NCBI GenBank assembly: GCA_965603825.1
Contig: CBFDEM010000002.1
Coordinates: 784,677 to 848,676, forward strand
Reading direction: 5' to 3'
Length of the DNA stretch: 64,000 bases
DNA from: Blepharisma stoltei ATCC 30299
Taxonomy: Eukaryota; Protista; Ciliophora
Part shown: one piece after another, positions 24,220-34,982 of the stretch
Numbering within the stretch: the first letter of the stretch is position 1
Layout of the letters: each line of letters starts with the position of its first letter
Position numbers and translations under genes: made by a program
Notes under the pieces: model-generated
Told to the model about the DNA's origin: nothing
What the model saw: the letters and a program-made list of their open reading frames with translations, nothing else
The model's database searches: none

Positions 24220-24948
24220 ATGGATCATTTTACCAATCGAAATGGGCTGCGACTATCCTATAGTTTATCAATAAAAAACCAAAATGATAGAAAAATCTAT
24301 ATCATTTGTCAATGATTTTTTTCAGATGTTTTATTTAGCTATGACTTTCTCTGTGAATTTATTCAAGTAAACACTTTTAGATTATGTTTAAAAGGCTGTG
24401 GAAATAGTGAAGGAGAGTATTCATATGGAGGATTTGAACAAGACGCTGCTGATATTGATGATGCTGTGAAATTTTTAGATTCTGAAGGCTACATTGTGGA
24501 TGGGATAATCGGATTTGGTAAAGGAGCAAATGATGCTATTATTTATTCTGCATTGTATGGTGGCGTCAAAAAAATTATTGCTTTAGCTCCGATTATTTAT
24601 GCGACTAATTGCTGTATGCCACAGTTTTTTCAAGACAGCATTGATGAAATCCAAAAAACTGGTGAAGTCAGGCATCATTATTTAGGAAAAGAAATAAGAT
24701 TTACAGAAGAAATGCTCGACGAGTTAATGAACCTAGACATGGATTACTATTCAGATAAAATAAAAGGAGATATTTATTTAATACATGGAGACGCTGATGA
24801 AAAAGTTCCGCTTTCAGATGCATTAGAATATGCTAGTGATTTAAAAGAAAAATGCAAAGGATTTTTCACTTTAAATTGTGATCATTTCTTTACAACTGAA
24901 CTCGATGAAGTTGTTGAAATAATCCATAAAATAATAGAGAGCTCGTAG
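24220..24948 (+). CDS. Alpha/beta-hydrolase-fold protein, nucleophile Ser replaced (GFGKG)
   Basis: ATG 24220; CQ[TGA]FF aligns with CQWFF in paralogs; GCGNSEG, HGDADEKVP, CDHFF. Confidence 0.88.
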
Positions 24949-25170
24949 TATAAGCTAGTATTATATCACTTTTTTCAGGCAATATAATAAATAATTGTTT
25001 TTAAAGAAATTATTTAAAATTTATGCATTCAAATTGTTTTAAAAAGTAGTAAAATTGTATAAAAATTTAGTGAGTTGACTTTTAAACTCAATAATTAGTA
25101 ATTTTGAATTTAAAATATTTAATATGTAGTATTATAATAAGGAAACTTTATGCATCTTATTTGTATCCAA

Positions 25171-25436
25171 GCTCTAGAAAAGGAATACAGATTTACCTCA
25201 AAAATACTTGATGAATGTATGAGCTTGATATGGATTACTATTCTGATAAATTAAGGCGATATTTATATAATGTATGGAGCTGATGATGACAAAGTCGCTA
25301 TTTCAGATGCATTAGAATACGCTAGTGGATTAAAAGAAAAATGAAACGAATCTTCAAGGTAAATAACTGTAGTCATTTCTTTGCAACAGAAATGGATAAG
25401 GTTGTTGAGATAATCCATAAAATAATAGAGAGCTAA
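25171..25436 (+). pseudogene. 3' fragment of an alpha/beta-hydrolase paralog
   Basis: KEYRFTS, MDYYSDK and VVEIIHKIIES-TAA with frameshifts and no 5' half. Confidence 0.8.
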
Positions 25437-26050
25437 CGGTAAACTGCATAATAGGATTTTAATGTTATATTAAGTCTATTTAATAATATTACAGAAGTAA
25501 TAGGCTATAATAAAACAGAAGTTAATTCATATTTTATATGAGTATTAATGGAATAGTTGTGATCTGTTAAAAATGCCCTTTTAAAGTCTACTCAAACTTT
25601 ATCAACCAATATAAAATGTTTTCCTTTGAATTTATTTAAAAAATATTTTTATTTTAGACTGAGCACATTCAACTGTACCCATAGTCGTTTAACTGAAATT
25701 GAGAAATCTGGCTGATTATCTGAAACTTAGACCAAAAGCACCTAGAGTTTATATTTGAACTTACCATAGAAGGGAATTAAAATATAATTAATTTCATGAT
25801 TTTATTTTTGAACTATCTAAAAATTAATTTATTTAGAACTTAAATGTCCAATAAAATTAACAATAATTTATTGATTTTAGCCAGTGTTTCAGCTTAGCCT
25901 TCCTAATGCTATAAAGACTTTTTTTATTAGCCAGCCCTTCTTAAGCTGAAATTTGAATTTGGATTTAAATTAAAAACTTCATATGTAAATCTAGTTCTGC
26001 ATGTCTAATAAGCAAAGATTAAATCTAATTAAATTCTGCTGCCTTATAAT

Positions 26051-26779
26051 ATGGATTACTTTATCAACCGGAATGGGCTACAGTTATCATATAGTCTATC
26101 AATAAAAAACCAAAATGACAGAAAAATCTGTCTCATTTGTCAATGGTTTTTTACCGAAGTTTTGTTTAATTATGATTTTCTTATCGAATTTTTAGAAGCA
26201 AATACATTTAAATTTTTTGTCCAAGGCTGTGGAAATAGCGAAGGAGAGTACTCATATGGTGGACATGAAAGGGACGCTGGAGATATTGATGATGCTGTGA
26301 AATTCTTGGTTTCCCAAGGCTACGAAGTACAAGCAGTTATTGGACACGCAAAAGCCGCAAATGAGGCTATTATTTATTCAGCACTCTATGGAGATGTCAA
26401 AAAGATAATCGCTCTAGCTCCTTCAGTTGAAATGAGAACTTTTAAATGGCCAGGTTTTTTCTATGAAAGTGTTGGAAAAATTCAGAATTCTGGGGAAGTC
26501 AGGCATACAGTTCTTGGAAAGGAATACAGATTTACAGAAGAAATGCTCAATGAAATAATGAGTCTTGATATGAATAATTATTGCGAAAAAATAAAAGGAG
26601 ATATTTACATAATCCTCGGAACTGATGATGGGCATATCTCATGCTCGGATATAGCGGAATATTGCAAGGAATTAGGAGGAAAATGCAAAGGTCTTTTTAT
26701 GTTAGACAGCTCTGATCATTTCTTTACAACAGAAATGGATGAAGTTGTTGAGATAATTCATAAAATAATAGAAAGCTAA
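26051..26779 (+). CDS. Alpha/beta-hydrolase-fold protein, nucleophile Ser replaced (GHAKA)
   Basis: Intact paralog; GCGNSEG, LGTDD, SDHFF. Confidence 0.9.
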   Translation: MDYFINRNGLQLSYSLSIKNQNDRKICLICQWFFTEVLFNYDFLIEFLEANTFKFFVQGCGNSEGEYSYGGHERDAGDIDDAVKFLVSQGYEVQAVIGHAKAANEAIIYSALYGDVKKIIALAPSVEMRTFKWPGFFYESVGKIQNSGEVRHTVLGKEYRFTEEMLNEIMSLDMNNYCEKIKGDIYIILGTDDGHISCSDIAEYCKELGGKCKGLFMLDSSDHFFTTEMDEVVEIIHKIIES

Positions 26780-27480
26780 AAAATAATTTGCTAAACTATC
26801 GAGTGGTTGCTGAAAGTAAGCCTATTTCTTACCGAACGCTATTATACGGTAATGAATTCTAAGAAAAAATAATTTTATGGGATTTATGTTCTTATTAATT
26901 TGATTTTATGATAAATAAAATTACAGTTCATGACCTATACAATCGCTAATTTGTTTTTAAAAAGTAAATGTTTTTATTTAGAAATTATAGTTAAATAGTT
27001 TTTTTATTTAACTCTCTTTCTTAATTTTAACATTATTTATTAACTAAGATATTTTATAGTGCGATCACTCTTATTTTCAATACTTCTACGGAATTATTAT
27101 TATAAAATTATGTTGACCAAAGTCCTTAAATGATTTTTCTTATTAATATTATTCTCTTGAATGATTACTTTCACAGTAATTTCTGCTTGTATGATGACAT
27201 TTGATTGCTGAGACTTTTTACCTACAATATCGTAATAAAAATATCTAAAATTGAAAAATGTCTCGAGTCTTAGTAGCATTCACTGTATATGCCATAATGG
27301 GATACTGAAAATAAAATTATTAAAGCAATAAAGATTGGCAAATGTGCATTTATTGATACTTTTACAAAATAGTTCCATGTTTAAAACTATTGAAGCTGAG
27401 ATTCGTATTGGCATATAAAATCTTAAAAAATTCGTCTCACAAAATGAACTTTTTGGCTATTTAGTGCTTAATCTTATAAT

Positions 27481-28350
27481 ATGGATTATTTTACAAATCG
27501 GAGTGGGCTAAAATTATCCTATAGTTTATCAATTAAAAACCAAAATGACAGGAAAATCAATGTCATTTGTCAATGACTTCTTTCAGATGTCCTGTTTAAT
27601 TGTGACTTCCTTATTGAGTATCTAGAAGTAAATACGTTCAAATTCTTTGTGACAGGCTGTGGAAATAGTGAAGGAGAGTACTTATATGGTGGATTTGAAA
27701 GGGACGCTGGAGATATTGACGATGCTGTAAAATTCTTAGTTTCTCAAGGCTACGAAGTAGAAGCAATTATTGGTTATGCAAAAGGCGGAAACGACGCTAT
27801 TATTTATTCTGCACTATTCGGAGATGTCAAAAAAATAATAGCAATAGCTCCAGCAGTTTACATGACAACTTTTAATTTACCAGATTTTTTCCGAGAGAGT
27901 ATTGAAGAAATTCAGAAATCTGGAGAAGTCAGACATATAGTTCTTGGAAAGGAGTACAGATTTACCTCAGAAACACTAGATGAATTTATGAGCCTTGATA
28001 TGGATTACTATTGTGACAAAATAAAAGGCGATATTTATTTAATCCATGGAACTGATGACGACAAAGTCCCGTATTCAGATATAGTGGAATATTGTAAGGA
28101 ATTAGGAGAAAAATGCAAAGAACTTTTCACGTTAAATAACTGTGATCATTTCTTCACAACAGAAATGGATGAAGTTGTTGAAATAATTCATAAAATAATA
28201 GAAAGCTACCCATATATTTGTAAATTAAAATTAGACTGGATAATGAATCTATTTCTTTATATAGCAAAACTGTGTTTTGGTAAAATAGCAAGATTTGATA
28301 AAAAAAAATGCAAGGTATTTAGTTTTATTGTTTTTTTATGGTCTATATAA
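27481..28350 (+). CDS. Alpha/beta-hydrolase-fold protein (GYAKG) with C-terminal extension
   Basis: ATG 27481 in frame through CQ[TGA]; the ancestral stop position is TAC. Confidence 0.85.
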
Positions 28351-28955
28351 TTATGATTTATATATCTGATATTGCAGATTTTTATATTAATTTAAGCATT
28401 AAATAAAATCTTGGATAAATCAAAGTAATATGCATTTTTAAATCTATTAATATGATTAAATTTTATATTCCATTTTCAGCTCAAAGAAAAATACTCATCT
28501 TACTCTCCTTTGGTTATTGATATAAATCATTCGAAAACTCTGTATTTTAGTGATAATTGACTCGCTTTGTGAAGTAGCAAAAAAATGTAATATAAAAATA
28601 TTTAGAAATAATAAAATCCTCAGCCAATATCAAATAGCTTTCAATAAATTTAAGTTTTATAAAAAAATAATTAGAAATATAAACAACTTCTTTATTAGTG
28701 ATTAAAAATCATTCTTATTAGGAAAAGCGTGAACTTATTATTTTTACAACAATTAATATATTATTTGTCAGCATAAAATACCCAATAAAGTGATAAAGTC
28801 CAAATTTCATAATTTAAATGCTGGCGCTGTTAAGATTCATATTTATTTGAACTTCACTTATATACAATTTAATTGCAAAAGCCTTATTAGCCAAATAAAT
28901 TTTGCCATCAAAAAAAAGAAATCGCAATATTATAGTTTCTGTTCAAACTTATAAT

Positions 28956-29690
28956 ATGGATTTGGATTATTTTATAAATCGAAGTGGGCTGAAATTATCC
29001 TATAGCTTATCGATAAAAAACATAAATGATAGGAAAATCTATGTCATTTGCCATTGGCTTTTTTCAGATATTTTGTTTAATTGCGACTTCGTAATACGGT
29101 CTCTAGAAGTAAATATCTTCAAATTATTTGTTCAAGGCTGCGGAAATAGTGAAGGAGAATATTCTCATAGTAGATTTGAAAGGGATGCTGGAGATATTGA
29201 AGACGCTGTGAATTTTTTAAAATCTCAAGGCTATGAAGTTGATGGAATTATTGGGCATGGAAAAGGAGCAAGCGATGCTATTATTTATTCTGCACTCTAC
29301 GGAGAAGTCAAAAAAATAATAGCAATAGCTCCTGGAGTTTATGCAAAGACTTTTAATTTCCCAGAATTTTTCATGAGAAGTATTGCGGAAGCTAAGAAAT
29401 CTGGAGAGATTAGGCAGGTAATTCTTGGGAGGGAATATAGATTTACAGCAGAAATGTTTGATGAATTTATGAACCTTGATATGGATTATTATACTGACAA
29501 AATAAAAGGTGTTATTTATATAATTCATGGGAGAGATGATGAAAATGCCCCTTATTCAGATGCATTGAGATATGCTAGAGGGCTGGGAGAAAAATGTAAA
29601 GGACTTTTTACGTTAAATAGCACCGATCATTTCTTTGCTACAGAATTGGATGAGGTTGTTGAGATAATTCATGAAATAATAAATAGCTAA
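28956..29690 (+). CDS. Alpha/beta-hydrolase-fold protein, nucleophile Ser replaced (GHGKG)
   Basis: Intact paralog; HGRDD, TDHFF. Confidence 0.9.
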   Translation: MDLDYFINRSGLKLSYSLSIKNINDRKIYVICHWLFSDILFNCDFVIRSLEVNIFKLFVQGCGNSEGEYSHSRFERDAGDIEDAVNFLKSQGYEVDGIIGHGKGASDAIIYSALYGEVKKIIAIAPGVYAKTFNFPEFFMRSIAEAKKSGEIRQVILGREYRFTAEMFDEFMNLDMDYYTDKIKGVIYIIHGRDDENAPYSDALRYARGLGEKCKGLFTLNSTDHFFATELDEVVEIIHEIINS

Positions 29691-29860
29691 AAGAACGATT
29701 TTTATAATAGGGTTATTTAATATTTAGACAGTTTATAGAAAAGTTATTAGGAAATGCCGATAGAGTAAAATTAATTATAAAATACAATCTTTTCAAAATC
29801 TATTTCTATTTTGCGTTACAAATCAAATTTTTTACAAATTTTCTTTTATCCTCTTAAAAA

Positions 29861-30583
29861 ATGAGTTTCTTTACAAATCGAAATGGCTTGAGGCTATCGT
29901 ACAACTTTTCAATAAAAAATCCCCAAGATAACAAAATCTACATCGTCTGCCAATGGTTTCTCTCAGATATTTTATTTAGTTACGAATTTCTCTGCGACTT
30001 ACTAGAAGTCAATACCTTTAGATTTGATCTTACAGGCAGCGGAAACAGCGAAGGCGAAAATACCTATGCAGGCTACGTAAGAGATGCAGAAGACATTGAC
30101 GATGCTGTTAAATTTGTAGTTTCACAAGGCTACGAAGTAGAAGGAATTATAGGTCATTCTAAAGCCTCCAGTGGCGTAATTATTTATTCTGCCTTGTATG
30201 GGGAGGTTAAAAACATCATAGTATTGGCTCCTCGATTTTTAGCCTGCAATATTCCAGACTTTATTGCCGACAGCATTGAAGAAGTCCATAAGAATGGCTA
30301 CATCTTGCATACTGCTTTTGGAAAAACCTGGAGAATTACGGAAGAAATGATCCAGGAAATGATGGGTCTTGATTTAAGGTTTTATTGCCAAAGAGTGCAA
30401 GGGAATATTTATATTATTCATGGAGAAGCTGATGACAAAGTGCCTTTTTCAGAATCAATAGAGCTAGTAAAAGAATTAAAAGAAAAATGCAGAGGGTTTT
30501 TCAAGCTTAATTGTGATCATTTCTTTACAGGGGAAATTGATGAGGCGGTTGAGATTATTCATAAAATTATCGATCAGAATTAA
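29861..30583 (+). CDS. Alpha/beta-hydrolase with intact Ser-Asp-His triad (GHSKA)
   Basis: RFDLTGSGNSEG, GHSKA nucleophile elbow, HGEADDKVP, CDHFF. Confidence 0.9.
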   Translation: MSFFTNRNGLRLSYNFSIKNPQDNKIYIVCQWFLSDILFSYEFLCDLLEVNTFRFDLTGSGNSEGENTYAGYVRDAEDIDDAVKFVVSQGYEVEGIIGHSKASSGVIIYSALYGEVKNIIVLAPRFLACNIPDFIADSIEEVHKNGYILHTAFGKTWRITEEMIQEMMGLDLRFYCQRVQGNIYIIHGEADDKVPFSESIELVKELKEKCRGFFKLNCDHFFTGEIDEAVEIIHKIIDQN

Positions 30584-30662
30584 TAATTTTTAAATAAATT
30601 TTTTAAGGTTAATAAATTGGGCTTAGTTCTGATAGGAATTCTATCTTTTTGATTATAATTTT

Positions 30663-30717
30663 ATATAGAAATTGCCCGAGGATGGAAAATAGCGCCATCC
30701 TCGGGCAATTTCTATAT
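30663..30717. repeat. Perfect inverted repeat, 23-bp arms with a 9-nt loop
   Basis: ATATAGAAATTGCCCGAGGATGG (30663-30685), AAAATAGCG, CCATCCTCGGGCAATTTCTATAT (30695-30717). Confidence 0.97.
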
Positions 30718-31130
30718 CATAAGTTCGAAATTTTCATCTGATTTGCTTGTGAATGGAGACATTTAATTACTTTACAATTTTCAAATCAGACCCAAGCAGA
30801 TGCATAATTATCATTAGCCTACGATTTCTTCATAACATTTGTGAATAATTTTTTAACCATTGGATTTTCGATCCTTTACTAAAATTTCAATTCTTTAATT
30901 AAAATCTTAGCTGCATTGTCTGTATCAGTATCGAAAATAATCCCCTAAAATAAAATATCTCCCCTACATGACTTTTAAAAAAATACCTATTTATTCGCTA
31001 TTTTCTAGTAGAAATTTTTGTGCATTAATTCATATTTTATAGATTATTCATATTCTTTATATTAAATCAGCTGGCAGAAGCTCTCTTGATTAATATTTTG
31101 CTTATAAAATCTAAATTTAATAAAATACTT

Positions 31131-32120
31131 ATGTCCACCAGCAAGGAAATATATATCGCGAACTTATTCTTATATTGCCAGCTTCACAGCTCAGTAATAA
31201 AGCACAAGAAGATGACTTTTGTTATAAATCACATTGGTTCTTCACAAAAGAGGCAGAGAAAAGCCACAATTCAGGTTGTTTCAAGATATGAGCCTAAGAG
31301 TAGTGGGTATTATATTAACCTTGAAATTTTTAAAGTTATGCTGAAGATTATCCAAATGAGCCCAGCTTTAGCCGATAACAGCCAAGAAATAGGAAAAATC
31401 CTTCAATATCTCCAGCAGATCTCTGCACAAAATATCATTAATGATTTTATACAGTTATGCAATGATTTTACCAACGACGTTAGAGAAGTAAAAATACCAG
31501 TAAATAGCTCCCAAAGCTCCGTTAAAGATCAACATATGGACGTTGATCAAACTTATGGCAAGGAAGATGCTGAAGAAAATGCTAAGACAAGATGCTCCGA
31601 AGGCACATTGCAAGAAAATAGCAGGCCATCGTCTTTGGAACTTAATATTCAAGCAGGAAATTGGTATTTGGAAGAAGAAAAGAATTCTTCACAAAATAAT
31701 AAACTTCCGCCTCTTATAGAAGAAGACTTTTCGATGGTAAAAATCTGCATTTATAAAAGCGTCAAAACAAATTTTGGTGATTATATAGATAAATCTGCGC
31801 TATGAATTTCAATGAAAAGAAGAAAAAAAGAAATAAATTTGTCCAAAGAGGTAGATTATTTTCTGCCTAAAGATTCATCACCAATTGATTTATGCAGCAT
31901 AATCATAACTGCCAAACTAAAAATAAAGTATAAAGATGCTTCGACAAGAGATAGTGAGGGTTCTGAATCTGTACAGTTGGAAAGAATAAAGGTTGGAGCT
32001 ATATTAGACGATTTGCTTAATAAAGGCATTATTCGTAAAATTTATGGAGAAGAAGCTTTTCAGATCCAAAATTTAAAAAATTTTGAAGACGAGGTCAAAG
32101 GACTGAGTTGGAGAGTCTAG
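31131..32120 (+). CDS. Unknown tandem family member 1 (possible C-terminal winged helix)
   Basis: 31086-31805 and 31812-32120 join through a TGA; C-terminal KVGAILDDLLNKGII..EAFQIQN is shared with the neighbours. The start is uncertain. Confidence 0.7.
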
Positions 32121-32321
32121 AATAATAATATTGGTGGCTCTTGGAGATATTTAATTAATTATCGATTTTTATTATAAGCTTTAGACAATTTTATCTAAAA
32201 ATTTTAAGCGTTATATTTTTCTAAATTTGCAGACATCTACATTTACGAAGGCAAAACTTCCAGGAAAAGAAAAACCTTGATTTTTAGAGTAATTTTTAAA
32301 GGTCTAATAATTGTAAATTTA

Positions 32322-33233
32322 ATGGAATTGTTTGTCGACAGTCATAAACCTTATGTTGTCAATGACGAGCTTTATATAAGCCAGATATTTGAAATTTGCC
32401 TAATTGGCAATCTGAAGTCAAAATCAGAGTGGCTTAGCTTTGTAGCAAAAAATACAAGTGGAGGAGGTGAAGTACAATATAATGTTGAGATCATTCCAAA
32501 TGATAAGGCCAAAAAGAAAAGCGAGTTTTATTATTGGGACTTCGACAATTTTCTCCCTTACTTAGTCGACGTGCAGCAAGATCTTGATCATGTAAATCGA
32601 GGAGCTGCAGAAAAAATTTGGGCTTTCTTAGTTGATTTCACTGAAAATCGCCCGATCTTGAATGGCGAGGACGAGTATGAATCCATATTTGAGTCTTTTG
32701 ACGAAAACATAACTCAAAGGTTTACTGATGCTCAAAGTTCTCTAGCTTGTGAGGGAGATTTGAGTATATCATCGTCATCTTCAGAAGATAGTTTATCGAT
32801 AGGAAACTTTCTTTATGAAGATAGGGAAAAGTATTGGATTGTAAGATTCCAAATGTTCCAAGCTGCAGAAACTGATCTGAGCTGTTATATATATAAAAAT
32901 TATAATCAAACAAAAATACCTATAGCAAAAAAGAAATGCTTATCCTCAGTTGTAGAAAGATTCTTACCATTATATAATAAGATTATTGACCTAAGAAAAA
33001 TAAAAGTATCCTCAATGCTTGAGATAAAGTTGTTTAGCAGAGAAGAGCAATCAACCGAAGATTCCTGGCATGAGAGCGAGGATATTAATTGCTGCTTCTG
33101 GGAAAGACAAAAAGTCGGAGCCCTTTTTGATAGGCTATTACATTTCAAAGCCATTAAGGCAGCCAGCGGTGGTGAAGCTTTTAAAATAGAAAATTTTAAG
33201 AAATTCAACAGCATTACCTCAATTTATGGGTAA
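32322..33233 (+). CDS. Unknown tandem family member 2
   Basis: ATG 32322; IIDLRKI, STEDS, KVGALFDRLL..EAFKIENFKKF. Confidence 0.75.
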   Translation: MELFVDSHKPYVVNDELYISQIFEICLIGNLKSKSEWLSFVAKNTSGGGEVQYNVEIIPNDKAKKKSEFYYWDFDNFLPYLVDVQQDLDHVNRGAAEKIWAFLVDFTENRPILNGEDEYESIFESFDENITQRFTDAQSSLACEGDLSISSSSSEDSLSIGNFLYEDREKYWIVRFQMFQAAETDLSCYIYKNYNQTKIPIAKKKCLSSVVERFLPLYNKIIDLRKIKVSSMLEIKLFSREEQSTEDSWHESEDINCCFWERQKVGALFDRLLHFKAIKAASGGEAFKIENFKKFNSITSIYG

Positions 33234-33990
33234 TGAGTTGACCTTTAATAGCGAAATGTGAATAATTGCTATTTAAATTATTTTTAGCCTGAAGTTTATG
33301 AAATTAATTGATTGACAATTTTAGCAATATGAAAATTTTCATTCAATAAAAGGTATGCAAATTAATTGAATCAGTAAATATAAATAATGCTTTTATCAGA
33401 AATTAAAAAATGTGTAATTCAAATCACATTATGATAACAAATGGCACAATAAATTTATTATAATTAGCAATATAAAAATAAGCCATTTGAAACTATAAAT
33501 CATTTATTTTTGATAATCAATTATCGGGATTTATAATTAATAAAGTTTGCCTCTTCAATTGAATTCACAAATTTTAAGGCATTAAATCACTTTTCGTGCC
33601 ATTTCAACTTACTAGCCAAAATTAATGGTAATGTATGTATTTAAAGCAACCAGTTTTCTATTGATTGAAAGCACGGCAAAAGGCTCAATATGTTAACTTT
33701 CATCTAATTTTCCACATTAAGTTTTATTATCTGAGTTGCCCTAACCTTGCCATATATCTTGATCTCTTTATTTCAAAATAAAATTCTTGCCTCTTTCTTA
33801 ACATTCCAAAATCCAGATATTAGAAAATGTTATTACTAAAGTTGATTATTAAGAAAAATAACTAAAAAAGCCTTTCAAATATATTTTAAAATCTCATTTA
33901 ATATAGCGAAATTATGCATACAAGCAAGCGTAAGGACATATATATGAAAGCATTACAATCTAAATAAATCTAAATGCAACATTAGTTAAA

Positions 33991-34853
33991 ATGGCCTGGG
34001 CCATTGATAATACTGAGATAGATAGGGCACTAACCCAATGCTTAATTACAGATTCGGAAGAAGACGAAAAGAGGCTTAGATTTGTTGTGGAAGATGGAGA
34101 CAACGGAGATAGACAACACTATTATCTCAAAGTCTTTCCAAATAATAATGAAACTCAACGAGAAGGGTTTTTTCAATGGAGCCTAGATGAGTTCCTCAGT
34201 TACTTAAACTCAATTATGAAACTTCCCAATTCTTAAATAGAGAAAATTTAATTTTTTTCAGGAAGTTTCTTATCGAATATTCCACAACCTTACGAATGCC
34301 TTATCAGAATGCAGATTTGTTAAATGAGTATGTGGATATGCTTGACCCTAATGACCAAAGCAAAAATGAGCGCACCGATTCTAAGCAAGACAACGCTCAA
34401 CTGCTTCCTGTTTCTAGATATTCAGAAGCTCGTGAGCAAAATTGAAGCATCCAAGATTTTCTGGAAGAAGACATTTTGATTGTGAGGTTCTACAAACTCA
34501 TCAGTTTTTACACGTATATATATAAAGAAAGCTGCGGACATAAATTCCTTGTGCACCCCAAAGGTGATATATCTTCATGTGTACAAGAGTTCTTAAAATC
34601 CAATGAAATAATTGACTTGAGAAACTTAGTTGTAGACTCAGAGTGAAAAATAATAAATCTAAATAAAGATGATCCTTCAACAGCAGATTCAACGCATCAA
34701 GTTCAAAATTTAGATCGCATTTTCTGACCGAAATTGAAAATCGGCACTCTTTTACAGAAATTATTGGACAAAGAGGCAATAATTGATCATGGTAAATATT
34801 TTATAATTCGAGATTTCAAGATGTTCAAGAACGTCACCTTGATATCTTACTAG
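33991..34853 (+). pseudogene. Unknown tandem family member 3, disrupted
   Basis: Homology to member 2 (FFQWSLDEFL, IIDLRNL, STADS, KIGTL) with a premature TAA at 34234-34236 and frameshifts near 34255 and 34750. Confidence 0.7.
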
Positions 34854-34982
34854 ATATTTATATTCATGAATATTAATTCATTTAATAAAATTGATTTTTC
34901 TAACTTAAACCTAAATAAATCAATATTGCAGAAAATGAAGCAAATATCATATCAAAATTAATTTCAAATCTCTTTCTGATAA

